Made by a program: the position numbers and the translations under genes
Shown: positions 26,992-40,844 of the stretch, in pieces
How the letters are laid out: every line of letters starts with the position of its first letter
Position numbering within the stretch: the first letter of the stretch is position 1
The notes under the pieces: model-generated
The model's database searches: none
What the model saw: only the letters and a program-made list of their open reading frames with translations
What the model was told of the DNA's origin: nothing
Assembly: GCA_016748015.1 (NCBI GenBank)
Contig: JAAOMT010000200.1
Coordinates: forward strand, 618,984-682,983
Reading direction: 5' to 3'
Origin: Geosiphon pyriformis uo1
Taxonomy: Eukaryota; Fungi; Glomeromycota
DNA: 64,000 nucleotides

Positions 26992-29900
26992 TTTAATGAG
27001 TGAGGCCCAAATGTTATCTAGCACAATACATTAAACTAAGTGATCTAAACTAGGCACAAATTATGCATTTTCTACACATAACCAGCCACTCAAACCAATT
27101 AGAGCAACACTACAAATCTATCATAACAGACACCATCCTATCAAAATCAGAAAAGAAACAGCAAAAATTATGAAAACCAAAATGAACACCAAATGCCTTA
27201 GCAATACCAAGTAACCTAACCACCCCAGCCAAAAGTGAAGACAACAGACCCCAGGTAACAGGAAAAGCAGAACCATCATGAAGAATTAAGCCACATTTTT
27301 CTATAAAGGCCCTATATTTGGCCCTAATCAACTATATGTTAGCATGGTGAGCAGCATCAAAATTCCAAACAAAGTCAATAATAAATTTATTTGCTAACTT
27401 AGTATCATCCAAAACAGATACAGCTTCCAGATACCAATCTTTGAACAAGAAGTCTTTGTCCAAAGTGGTGTATAGCACATCATTAGAAATGCTCAAAGAA
27501 AGCATCTGCAAGATCTAAAACAAATGGAAATTCACACCAGACATGGAACACTATTTGGCCAAATGTGAAATAAGCAGATCTTTATGGACCCCTGAATCAA
27601 ATGCACATATAAAAGAGTGGTCAGAGCTCTCCATCTCTCCATAATAAAGACATAGAACACTTGGATAACTTTTGTTATACAAGCACTTTCGTACAGCAAC
27701 TGGCAAACGGTGATGCAATGTCTTCAAAAAATATGAGTGCATACCAGCCATAGACCTGTTGGTAAATCCAGCTGCCATGTGCAAATTGGGGTGCCAGACC
27801 AAAGTAGTATGAACCCAATCCACATCACCAATCATGTCTTTGCCAATAACAGCAGAATCAGGTCCAGCCTCTCAACAAACATGATTCACTGATTTAAAAA
27901 TATCTTTAGTAAAATGCCAAATATTACCAGACACCACCATTCCACCAGCCTTAATAAACATCTCCTTAACCAAAACAGGAAGCACCAAATTCAAGCTTAC
28001 AGCAGAATCAGCCAATTTGTCAGCACGCTCATTATCTGCAATATCTGAATGTCTTTTAACCTTATGCCAAGAAACACCAAGCCCTTTTCTTTTGATCAGA
28101 TTAAAAATACCATGCCACTTCAACCAGCAACAGTTTCGGAAGTCTGGAAAAGCCAAAACTGACTCAGCAGCACAAGCATCTAAGACAGCTTGACTGTCTG
28201 AATAAATTATAACAGAACTGTGAAAAGAAACACACTCCAATGCCAAAACAATTGCTTGCAATTCAGCTAAAGTGGAAGAAACCAACTCACCAATCCTGAT
28301 GCCAATACCTTGATCTACATTCAGAAAGTAAGCAGCTGCACCACACTCCATTTTCTGTATACCAAAATTTTTCAAAGAACCATCAGTGTAGATCTCAATA
28401 ACACATAAATTGGAAGTGATGAAACTTTGTTTCAGACAAAAAATGTCATCTGAACCACCAACATCCTGCAACTTAAGTTCTGTGACAGGTAAACCAACAT
28501 AAAGAGAGTGAACCAAAAATTCACACACCAAATTGAACCAATGAGGGACCGAACCACGTGGATTAAGTCTTTTCTAACAACAGAAGCTTTTCCAGTCAAA
28601 AACCAAATCTTTTTTGGTATACAGCTGTTTAACAAAAGCAACTCTAGATCTCTTGAGTGAGTGCAAAACCTCATAAAACAAACAATTACCCAAAACTGAG
28701 GACATTGGTGTCCCACCAGAAAAATGGAATGCTGTATGAGAAAAATTCCCAAGAGACATATTACAATCCAAAAAAACTTTAACAACACCAGCCAAAAAAT
28801 TGTTGACTGGGCTGATATGTAATCTGACCAGATGACACAAAGGGTGAATAGGTGACCAACTCAGAACTTGTAGGTCAAGAGATCTGTGAACAAACAAGCG
28901 ACCCAGAAGTTCACCAGCATTAGAGAAATTCAGCACAGAAGCCACTTTGCATTTGGTCTGCAACTGTTTGAAAGACTTCAGACCATATAAAGATGGATGA
29001 TAAAAAGCCTCGTTGGAAAAATCTTTTGGGAGTTCAGTCTTAAGTCTCAAATTTTTCCTAATCAATGTGTCCTATTTAACACACACATTCTTAAAAAGAA
29101 AATTAAACTGAGATTTATAACTGACAATGGGCTGTAATATAGCTGACACCAGATAGAGAAACTGCTTGTCCGAAATAGCTTTTCTCAAAACCAAATTAAC
29201 AAAGAACCTAACATCCAAATAGGTCTTCATCAAACTGGGCTTGAACAAATCCTCAGATGACAAATAAATCTCAAGATATTTATGAGATTCTTCTTTACAA
29301 GCAATCAAAATTGGTGAACCACTTATTGATAGTGATGCCTCACTTACTCTTCTGTTAATAGAAATGACCACAGTCTTTTTGTTATTGACAGAAATGTTGT
29401 TTATACTGAAAAAATCACTAGCAATGTTCAGAATGTACTGAGTGGCAGCTTGACTACTCCCCACCCATATTGTGTTATCAACAAAGACACCAGCTGCCAA
29501 AAACAAAGTCAAACCACCCTGGTTTTCTAATCTGCCAGTCTTAGCAACAAACCTGGAGTCAATATAGTATCTGCACAAACTCTCTTGCTTTTTGACTTCA
29601 CATAAAAGGGAATCATAGAAAATCCTCTACAGCAAGAGAAAGAACACCTCATCCTGGTCAAGATCATTATACACCCGATATCTATCAGTCAGGCCAAAAT
29701 CAGTCATAACATGATTAACACAATTATTGTAAATACTCCCAAAGAATCTAATAAAATGATTATATATCTTAACTTGAACCAAACTATTCCACAAGTGGTG
29801 CCAACTCACAGAGTCATAGGTTTTCCACATATCCTATAAAACAAGCCACAGCTCATGATTTTTCTTTAAAGCATTCTCAACAACTGAACCAATGGCAAAA

Positions 29901-32900
29901 ATAGGGGACTGGGTAGTAGTGCTCTTGAGCACAGAGAAATTGTCACCATGAAGAACATCAAACACACTGCATGCTAATAAAATTCTATTAGAGAGTAACT
30001 TAGAAAAAATCTTCTGAGCAGTCTTAATTAAAGCAATAGGTCTAGTATTAATTAGAACACCCTTCTACTCATAAGGCTTAGGAATCATAGACACCCAAGC
30101 TTCCTTTCAGCATTGGAGAACAGATTCACGAACCAAACAAAGATTCAAGAGATCTAATAGCATACCAAGCACGGAATCATCACAATGTTTTCAAAGCTCA
30201 TTTGTAATATCAGATAAACCAGCTGCCTTGTCTTCTGGCAGATCTTTAACTACATGCACCAAATCTTCATAGCTGACAGTATTTATTACCTTAAAAAAAG
30301 CTTTATTGTTGACATATTCTAATGGCAGATATTAATGTTGCCATAAATCAAGAATGTTATATGGTACCACTCTTTTCCTTGTCTAACCTTCCATTATTTT
30401 GTTAATATTATTCTTAACATTAACCAGGTCCACAATCAAATTACCATCAAAAACCAGGTAATTCAGCACCATTTTTCAGAAAGAACATTCCAAAACACTA
30501 TGGATCATGTGACTTTTGTCAACTGCAAAACTTTTCATCCATTTTTTAATGGCAGATCTGATGCCTGACTCCTCAGCACACAAAGATTTAGCCAGTTTAG
30601 ATACACAATAAGATTTCCTCACACCAAAGAGAGCAGAACATATATGACCAGAGTTTGCATCAGAGTCAACAAGAACCTAAATGACCAATGCCTTGTTAGC
30701 ATCCAAAAAGTTCCAATGTTTCAAAAGAGAGAAAAACCTGCTAGACACCACCCCATAAGAAGCCTTTGTCAACTTTAAAACCAAGATTTCCAGGTTGTGA
30801 AACCTGGATGACTTTTTGGTAAACATTCTGTCATAATCCTTGAACCATTTTTTTTTAAAAATACCATTAGCTAAGAGAGACACCATCTTGTGAACAGTGT
30901 TCCACATTGTGTCCAGATCCAAATACCTCTTAGATATAGCAAACCCATTAGAGAACATAGCAGCATTAGCCACCATAGCATTCTTGAACTCACCCTATGT
31001 AATCTCATTAGCATTTTTAATATTAAACTTCCAGTGATCTCTGTTAGTTTGTTTGCGAAAAGAGTTCAACTGCATATCCAAAAGTCCATCCAAACCCACG
31101 GACACAGAAACAACATAATGATCCATATCAAAGTGCTTATCAACATCCAGAACATCACAGCACAAAATTACATTAACCAAATTTGAAGACACAAAAACAT
31201 AGTTAATTGTCTTAACAACACCTCTGGAATTCTTCCACATAGACATTTTGGCCACTGAGCTTTCAGCCAACAAATTAACTAGACCTAAACTGAAACATTT
31301 TTTAAAGCTTGCACACTTGTGAGAGCCATTTTCATTGAAGTCACCACCAAGAATAACAAAAGTGGACTTATTTGCAGCTTTGGCAATAAGAGAGTTGATA
31401 ATATCAGCCTAAGAAAAATGAATTGCAGAAGAAGCACCAGCATAGAACTCTAGAATCAAAACAGAAAGTCTATTCCTAAAGAGCAACTTGATAGAGATAA
31501 GATGACCAGGTACCTTAGAGACCTTACACACATGTCTTGTCAAAGAATTGTTCATAACTATAGCAACACCTGAGCCTAAGTACCCAGAGTTCAAACCTGA
31601 AATAAACACTCGGACACCACTGAATTTGTTAGCAATCCAAGGACAGATCTTTTCCTTCAGCTTTGTTTCTGTAAAAATCAAAACCAAATTGTTTATATTC
31701 TTATGCCAACGCACAATATCATTCTGTTTCGCAGGATTGTTCATTCTTTTAACATTACAGGTGGCAACTTTCCAAACTAGATCACTCATTGAAAAAGAGG
31801 TTGTAATACCAAACCTGCACCAAGATTATCCACTTTGGCTAAAAGTCCCAGAACTGTTTCCATCAAACACTTCATGCTGTTTTCCAGCTTTGATACTAAA
31901 AACATATCAAATGACATCGCTCTCACAACACTCACACTATCAGTAGATGCACCCAAACTCTTATTCATCACTACATCTGCCCCTTGATCTTGTAATGAAG
32001 AGGTCACCAATGGCTAACATTCAGGACTAGGCTGGAAAACTGTTGGCCCAAGTACATCCAACCTTTTAGCCAGCTTGTCTACCTGTTCCACGAGATTGGC
32101 GAGACTGCACTCAAGAGTGGCAAACCTATCATTGATTTCATTCACAACTGGTAGAGATGGCTTTATCTCTAAAGAGAAGCCAACATTAGCCAAAACCTTT
32201 CAACCAGAGAGAGGAGGGAAAGAAGATCCACTAACAACTTTTGTCTAGGAGAGACCACCAAAAGAAACCGGATGAGCAATAGAAGCCTGTTTTTTCTTAT
32301 ATATATTGACCAGGCAAATCTGATCCTGAGGAGTTACCACCTATTTTCCATGAATGCCAGAGAGACTCTTCAATAAACAAAAATCAGAAATATAACCATA
32401 TTGTTTACATTTGATACAACAAGCCAAAGAAAGACCAGTCCAATGCAAATTCACACCCTTGAAAACAGGCAGAGAACCAATGGCTGCCAATTTGGATGTC
32501 TCATCACTGAAACAAATTACAGCACACCTATTATGAACATACATTGCTGGATTACAGCCAATAAAACAAGTTTTCCCACTATAGGACACCAATAAGCCAG
32601 AAAGATCATGAACAGTGGTGCCAACAAATAGTGTATATAGCAATACTCGATGTTAGTTCCTTAATACCCACATTTGTTTGTCATCAACTGCCTTTGCCAC
32701 ACAAATGGAGTCCTTTTCCATGAGAACAGACCACTTAGCTGTGACCAAATCAGCTATCTCAGAAGACTCAAACTCTACCAAAGCTTTTTGCCATAGACCA
32801 ATCAGTTGTATTTTAATCAACACAATTTTGCCAAATTTGGAAAAAACAGATTCTACTGCCAATTTGGAAAGATTGACAGAAATTTTCTTAACAATAATTT

Positions 32901-33830
32901 CCTGATCTGAATGCTTGTTTACCTGCCTAATATTATCATTAACTAAAATTTTCTCATTGACAGCCAAATCTCTTGTCTTTTTCAAACTCCTTTCAGAAGT
33001 GAATGAAAATTTAATGATTCCTAAGAATTTTAAGAGAGTAGAAGTCTCTTTAAAATCATATATTTGATAAAAAATCTTTTTAATTATAATAAGCTTATCA
33101 CTATTAATTTTTTCAAGTACAGCAGATAGCTCAATATTTAATGCGAACAATTTTACTGGCTTGAAACTTTGTTTTTCCAGGGCATATAACTCAGTGGACA
33201 ACAGCCAATTGGATCCAACAAATTTAGGCACCAGGAGCACCAACTTATTATTGTCATTACTCACATTCACAAAAGAGAGTATCTTCAGTAGTTATCCCAA
33301 AACATAAGTTCTTGTCTGTGTTTTCTTAGAAGTTGCATTATCCATCATGTCATCCATTTCAGAAGTGTTGGAGTCAATGTAGCTCATTTTTCTAGCGACT
33401 GTGCCCTTCAAGTTCTCTACATCTAATACTTTACTCACACTGCTTTTTTTGTTTTCCATTTTACTGCCCCAAGATCTGTTATGCCTAATACCAGTAGCTT
33501 GTAACATTTTAGCAGACAAAGGCCCAGCCAATGAATTCACAATGACACTGAAAGCTCCAGGTTTGTTTGGCTTCTTGAAAAAAGAACTGTGAGAGTATAT
33601 ACTATCAACTCATGTTTTTTTTTTGGTATCTTTATTACCAGAATGAGACCTCAATCCAGCCAATAATGAACCAGAACCACTAGCAGATGCGCCCACCAGT
33701 TTTATTATGACAAAAAGAAGTGTGTTGGAAGAAATGACTTGAACAAACAAAGAGAGAAGAAATAAGGTAAAGAGATTTTTTCCAAATTTTCTTTCACTCT
33801 TATAGTGGTCAGGTAATTGATGAGAGAGTT
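26992..33830 (-). mobile_element. LINE copy B, full length but inactivated (L1-like, ORF1 + ORF2 EN-RT-RNase H-zinc finger)
   Basis: ORF1 ~33700-31786 with an RRM-like 'VFSKFGKIV.IKIQL' segment and a CxxC knuckle. ORF2 31789-27110: 'WKVATCNV', 'FTETKL', 'LGGDFN', RT 'DMWKTYDSV', 'FVDNT', RNase H 'IYTDGSL..AELQAI..SDSQA..WHKVKRHS..NERAD', 'LHHRLP...CLY.GE.E..DH'. Conserved 3' UTR and A-rich tail. Confidence 0.93.
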
Positions 33831-33834
33831 TTTT

Positions 33835-34990
33835 TTTTATTTTTTAAATTTAATAAAAAAATTATTGTTATAAAACACATAAATTAAGTTTTATTTTATT
33901 TTTTTATTTAAAGCCAAATACAATTTATATAATATTTTTAAAATTACTATTTAAATTAATAACTTATAATTATAGTTATTAAAAAAATACTAATTTATTT
34001 TAAAAAAAATATTATTGTTTAGCCCAAAAAAACCCAAAATACAAAAGTAATTTAATTGTTATAACAAATAATTTAATATAAATAATTTAAAAAAATATAA
34101 AAATACATTATAAAATTTAATCTTATAATTATTAGCTTATTAAAAAAGTAAAAAACAATATTAAATCTTATTTATTGTAATTAAATAATATAAATTAAAT
34201 TAATATAATTACAAATAATTATAATTATTTAACTAAAAACAATTATAATAAAACTTTAATATTTTTTGTTTTTTATAAAATATTTATAAGTAAATTATAA
34301 CAAATTAATTGTAAAAACTTTTAAATTAATAGAAATTTTAAAATAATATCATATAAAAACACTAAAAGTTATGATATTTTATTTAATTAAGTTATTTATA
34401 ATAATAAATTTTACAACAAGTTTAAAATAAAATTATTACAATGTTTTTATAATTTATTTGCAATTTTAAACAAATTCATTGCTTTATAATTTGATAAATT
34501 CTTAATTATATTTAACAGATTTTTATATTTTACTTTTTTTATTATATTTAAAAAAGGTTTATTATTAATATAGTTTAATAAAGCATATTAATAATATCAC
34601 AAAGCCGAAATTTTATTTAATACTATTTGTTTTTTGGTTTAATTTGATTTAGCTTAAATTTAATTTTTTTAGGCTTTAAAACTAGCTCTTTTTCTATAAT
34701 AAAATAATTCAAAATAATTTTTTGAAATGAATTTTTATGTAAAAAGTAGGTAATACATAATATAGATGCTATATGTAATAAATAATAATTAATTTTTATC
34801 TTATTATAACAATAAAATAATAACAATAATAATAATAATAATAATATATTAAATGTTTAATTTAATCAAAAAATTAGACTATTTTTTGCTCTTATTTTTT
34901 AACATAGAAAGAAATGTTGACTAATTGAATTATTTAATCTACAAAATTAATTTTTCAGTTAATAACTTTTTAATCTAAAACATTATTTGC
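33835..34990. other. Extremely AT-rich spacer between the transposon nest and the gene island
   Basis: Almost only A/T, no credible ORF, (AAT)n at ~34820-34845. Similar tracts at 6600-7150, 54125-55035 and 60190-60360. Confidence 0.7.
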
Positions 34991-35570
34991 AACATAACTT
35001 AAACAATAATAACTTTCGCACTGTTGCAACGTGTTAAAATGTTTAATTTATGAAATTTGAAGATTAAAAATTCATTGTTAAATGACACTAGAATTTTAAA
35101 ATCGTTGTATTGAAACTATTGTTTAAAGAGCAAGTCTATAAAAATCATTTTATCGAATGACAAAAAAATGGGCGCTGTGATAAGGAGAAATTACCCGGCT
35201 GTGTGATCGAGTTTCTTACCGGTTAATTCAAATTTAAAATCTTGTTGATCGTACGCTACCTTTCTAAATAATCAAAGCTTCATTGTGAAAATTAAACTTT
35301 TCAGTGTTTAGGACTTTTAAGTGATATGATAGAAAATTTTTTTGCTAGTATCTGATATTTTGAAGGGAGAAACAAATCATTCCAAATTCAATAACTATTT
35401 TTTTATCATTAAGAAAATCTTTGATTGTATTTACATATATGAAAGGAAAGGGAGGCGAGATGGATTGCGTGGTGGATTAATCCTGTTTTAGTTTTAAAGA
35501 GGAAAAAGGAGTAATTTAGTATGAGATTAATTATCATAAACAACTAATGGTGTATGGATTAGATTTCGTA

Positions 35571-36819
35571 TTAGACCTCTGTATGAATCCCTCTTGGCAA
35601 TTTTTTCTCATCATTCAACTCGGTGCTGCCATCACTCTCGGCAGATAATCTGCTTAGTGGGGAGGCCCCTGAAGGTGCAGTCGCACGTGTTTCATCTGCT
35701 ATGCTGTTTTTCGTTTTATAGTAATTAGCAGTTTGCTTGAGGCGTTTAGCATAACGTGAGACCACTGATGCGAAATATAGCTAGTTAAAAAAATTAATTA
35801 CTTGCTTGCTTTGCACGCATGTGTTATCAAATAGTGCAAAAAGCTTACCGAAAATGCGACTGTTAGAATTTCACTAACAGTTAAGATAACGGTATAAAGA
35901 CGGATGAACTTTACACATGTTTCGTCAATTGTTTTTTCATCTTGTGGGGTGGTGATGTTTCGGTTGTTGGGATCTGTAGCATTATTCAATGGGACAGTTG
36001 GATGGGATCCAATGGATAATGAAGAATCAGAAGTCACATTGTTTGACTGAGATGAGGTACCACCGTTTCCACTGTTTGATTGTGTTTGGGAACTATTGTT
36101 TTGCTGCTGCTGTAGCCCTTGTCCATTATCATTATTTGGTTGTTGTCCAGTTAACTGACGTTTCCATGGTCGAACCCATGAACTGGAAGGGTCATAATCA
36201 ACTCCATTTGCCAGTTGTTCGTGTAGTTTATCGACACATAGAGATTTCAAAGTTCCATGATTTTGAAACAAGTAAACAAGCTCCGAAATAGCGATCACTG
36301 CCGTCAAAAGCGCCATTACTGTAATAAAGATTGAAAAAATTCGGACAAGTTTTTCACTTTTCTGAAAATCATCAATGGACCGGTTAAAATTAAAGCTGAA
36401 ATCGTGAACAAGTTCAAAAAAAGCCGAAAATTATATTTACCACGATGGCGCCAACGAGACCACCATAACTCACTAATGCTTTGATTGTATAACCTATACC
36501 AAGTAAAAGGCACACGGTATTCGAAATATAGTACACACCTGTTTTTAACATTATATTAAAAATCAACTTTGATTAGCATTTCTTTAGGCAGGTAGTCGAT
36601 GTATATAAAATAGAGATAATGATCCTCACCGTAGGAATGTGCCGTGAAAGATCCAAAAGCATTCGCTGTACTCAAAATCTTTGATAATCAAGATCAAATA
36701 GATCAAGCATCAAACACAATTTTCGGGCAAGAATAAAGATGATTTCAGTTAAGAAAAAACAGAGAGGAAACTCACCGCCGTCAGAAGAGCAATCACTATC
36801 GTACCGGTACGAAGGCTGA

Positions 36820-36854
<35 letters not shown>

Positions 36855-36959
36855 TATTATAGAATTCGTAAGAAAAAAGTAAGCAATTGTTTTTTTATTG
36901 AATTAATTATTTTTTGCGTGTTTCTAAGAACCTCACCAGAAACAGCACCGCTCAACCAT
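35571..36959 (-). CDS. Four-transmembrane protein (~312 aa; LAPTM/tetraspan-like topology), 6 exons
   Basis: Exons 36959-36937, 36821-36776, 36678-36630, 36538-36441, 36361-35849 and 35780-35571, all GT-AG and in phase. N-terminus MVERCCFCISLRTGTIVIALL; four hydrophobic segments; Cys pair flanking a large N/Q/S-rich loop; ends YFASVVSRYAKRL plus a cytosolic tail. Confidence 0.85.
36823..36852. repeat. (TA)n microsatellite at the 3' end of intron 1 of the 4-TM gene
   Basis: About 15 TA units directly next to the AG acceptor. Confidence 0.9.
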
Positions 36960-38699
36960 AGTCGTTTGAAAGTCTTTTGAACCTCGAGGAACTATTATTC
37001 TCAAGAAATACCTTTAGTCTAGGGTGAAGGCAAGTTTTTCTAAGCAAAAATAACAGGTTAGATAATAAGTTGAGGATAAGGTGGGATTTCCTCAAGATGT
37101 TAAGTCATTCTCGAGTGCCAAATAGAGCCTTGAAAGAGAGATCTCAGGAGTCTCAATGCAGACAGAATTTTTGAAGGCAAGGCAAGGCAAGGAAAAAGAC
37201 ATGGGAAAACAACACGAACCTCAAAACCGTACCAGCAGACGTAGATAAAATATCATGAAAAATAGCTTCGTTAGGGGTCCAAAGCCTCAGCCAAAAAAAT
37301 ACCTTTATTTTATAAGCGCGACGTGGCTCAACACCCCTTGCCAAAAAATCCCCAGGTATATACATGCATATATGATATTTAAACATAATAGTGAACTATC
37401 TGATTATCTGTAATGTGCAAGAGAAAGCTGAGTACGCTCAACTTGCTCATTCGTAACGTGTCAAATAATACAAACATATGACTATTTATTGTGGCTTAGC
37501 GTTGGTAAGCCAAAAGCACTTGCAGCGGGCAAAGCAATTTGCCTCGCTCATATTTAGTAACTAATATTTGTTTGGGGAAAAAAAAAGCCGCACGAGTTTT
37601 ACGAAGACATGAAAATTTTGGGCTTTGATTCAAAACCAAAGATGAACTATCCTCAAAAGAAAAAAAATTATCAAAGCTTTCAAGTCGCGTCATCTGAAAA
37701 GATTATTATTTTTCAGTTTACTTTTGATCCAAATATTTATTCTGGGGATCATGGTAGACAACAAAAATTTGGCAAGATCTTTTTTAGTATTAGATCCTAG
37801 ATATTTGAGTAACATGAACAAACTTTAAATGTTGAGCTTTTATTAGAACTGTCGTGCGGGGCCAAAAATGGCAATTCAAGAAATTAGATTTGCCTCCTTT
37901 ATCAATGCATGCATTTTGTGCTAGTTTATTCAAACACTAAACATGCTCCTGGAATACTATTAAAAAATTAAAAATTAAAAATATATATAGGTGGCTCATC
38001 TACAATACTGATTTTACAGATTATAATATTTTATTACTTAATTTAGACAGTTTAAACTTATTTTTATCAGTGGATGTAAGAAAAATGATTGCTCTTTATT
38101 TCATAGCTCGGAAACGATTTAAAGGCAAAGAGTTAGGATCGATGTATCGAAAGCAAATTAGTGAGTCAAAAGTCTAACAGCAAAAGGGGAAAAAAAAGGA
38201 ATTGAAACTTTTGATAATATTTAACAAACCAAAGTAAAAACCCATTTATAAATGTGAAATTTTCGGATAATCACGTTCGTAATAAAGTTTTGAAAGAAGA
38301 CAACGACCAAAGTCAGATATAATTGTAAGAATAAAGTTTACTTATAGAAAGCAATAAATTTTCATGTCATAGAAGCCAGTTGTAAATTTTTTAAAATTCT
38401 ATCTTTTTATTATACACATAATTTTGGGGGAATCACTCAAAATAAAGTAAAATATGATGCTCTTTAATTTATATAATTTGTTTTTGAAAACTCAATAATA
38501 AAGTTATGTAATTTATTTGCTTTTTTTAGTTTTTAGTTTTTTTCATCTTGGAAAATTTTAGGACTCTATATGTTTTGAAGATCTAAGTTAATGTTGTCTT
38601 ATGAAAACCATAAATGCTATATATTTATAAACAATATTTATATGTTTATATAGATAAATTTATAACATATATCATATGGAATTATCTGAAAACGTTATT

Positions 38700-38990
38700 A
38701 AAATCTTTTTTCACGCTTGATATTCTGGTTCAAATGAACAACTTGATGAGACAGGTTCACAATGTCTTACGAGAGATTTTCAGAGAAATCTTTTCTGACA
38801 ATCCAAAATTAACTTTTCTACTCAAAACTTTAGATGTTTGTTCTAATGATCCAAAATTCAGAGACTCAGTTTGGGAAATTACACATGAACTGCTAATTTG
38901 AAAGAATGAAATCTGTAAAAGCAAAATGTTTTTGACTGATCAAAATTTCACTATTTCCATATATGAGTATGTTACAGAAATTGAGGTAAT
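38700..38990 (+). pseudogene. Possible decayed exon or gene fragment of unknown family
   Basis: Protein-like frame 'MNNLMRQVHNVLREIF...DSVWEITHELLI*KNEICK...VTEIE' with one internal TGA, ending at a GAG|GTAAT donor. CpG-poor. Confidence 0.3.
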
Positions 38991-39892
38991 ATCTTTATTA
39001 TAAAAAAAAAATTTTTTGATGTTTAAAATTCTTTTGGAAGAGATAACAACACTGAAAATAATAAGGTCTTTATATTTTAAAAATTTATTAATTTAAAAAG
39101 AATTTTTTTTAATTAAATAAAAAGAATTTTTTCATTTTGAAAACATAATGTGTAAGTTTTTAACCTTGTTTTTTCTTTCCAAAATGCTTCTAGTGGTAAT
39201 TCAATTTTTGGGTGTTATATTATATTAATTTCATATCCCCGCTCAAAATTGTGACGTTGAGGGATTGAATTTAAAATTCATTTCCTACCGAAGCCAAATT
39301 TTGAATCACAGGTCTTTGCGTATGTGAGAGCAACTAATACATAAGGGAGGAATTCAAAAATATACCCGGACATCATACTGTAGACACTCTTCATCTTGCG
39401 GAACTGAATTCATCTTCAAAAAAAAAAAACCGTGATCAGCCTTTTTTCTTTGACACTTGTTAGTAGCTTCAGAACTTCCTGGACTGCTTCTGAATCCTTT
39501 TAAACTCTACAAGATTACCAATCGACTTGAGTCAAGCTAGAAACTAGAAGTGTATATTCTGAAATGACAGCAGGAAACTGATGCATCGACACGATCTCCT
39601 GTACAAAGCCCTGTTGTAGGAATAGAAAATCACAGGTACAAAAAAAAAAAGGATCATTACTTGATTTGTCGTTGCTTCCGACTGATCTAAGTGAATGTCG
39701 GGTCAAAAAGGAACTTACGTGAGAAAAAATTCTTACTCAACGTCATATTCGATGATCTTAGCGTCGATCCCTTCTGCATGATGTGATCACGCGCCTTAAA
39801 CTAAACGCCTGATAATATAGTCACTATAATGGGAATATGGCAAGTTTTCTTTCCCAAAGTACAACTTTTTAAAACCAAAGAATTTATCAAAA

Positions 39893-40844
39893 ATGTTTCA
39901 CGAGTACGATCACTCGACCAAAAATAATGTGTATCGCCGTCGTTCACATGCTCAAACTGAACCCGAAGCTCGTAGTATATATGGAACTTCAGCCGCCCAC
40001 CGAATACGACGTCATTCCCCACCTCCTCCCCACGCGCACCACCAACCTATCTCGAAATTCAACTCCGAGTTTTGGATGCAGGTAACAATATATACACTTG
40101 AAAGAAGAATTGATCGAATTAAAGGGCCGTCATTACTTTTTCCTATGTGGGTGAAATTTGTTGGCTTTTTACACTAGGATTTTAGAAAAAACGTAATGGA
40201 AACACTTTTCAAAGAAGAAAGGTTCAAGGCTTTCCAAAAACGTCGCAACATAAATGAAGTAATTGATAATATGATGGATACAGAAGATGATGAATATGAT
40301 TGGGTTGAACAGCAAAAGGTAGCCTATTTTAGGTGGTTGAGGTTTGTTTGTCATGGGTATGAGAATTTTTTTTTTTTTTATACAATCCATTCCAATTTCA
40401 TCAGATCGCACAATCAAACCATATTTTGCAATTTTTCGGCGGGCCTACTTATTTTACCGCCACTGGATATCAGCCTCTACATAGTCAAGTAAAATCATTC
40501 TTTAACAATCTTCACTTATGTAAAATTTATTTCAACTGCAGTTAATTCAAGAAGTGGTTCAGAATCAGTGGGCACAGCACCAGATGTTTCCTTCTCCCGC
40601 TTATCAACAATGGGTTCAACAGCAGCAGCAGCAACACCTACAACACCAACAACAAGAAATTGCTTCTTCTAACCAATCCTCACAACAAACTTTAGAGGCA
40701 CAGCAATTGGAGTGGCAACATCAAATAGAACAGCAGCAACAAGCTTTCCTTACTAATTTGCCAATTGAAATTGCTAATGCCGTTCAATCAAAGAATTTAC
40801 CTCCTGAATTTTATCAATTTCGTGAGCGCCGTGAAGAACCCTAG
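39893..40844 (+). CDS. Hypothetical protein (~210 aa) with a Gln-rich C-terminus, 3 exons
   Basis: Exons 39893-40081, 40178-40318 and 40542-40844; phase-0 GT-AG introns join three ORF-track pieces into one frame. Confidence 0.8.

Noticed and set aside
8465-33700. Alternative genetic code or programmed readthrough to explain the many in-frame stops
   Set aside because: Stops are of all three types, differ between copies and map to C-T/G-A changes; host genes read normally in the standard code.
33835-34990. AT-rich tract as a centromere or organellar insertion
   Set aside because: No repeat unit or organellar gene remnant; similar tracts flank the other TEs and fit terminal C-to-T erosion.
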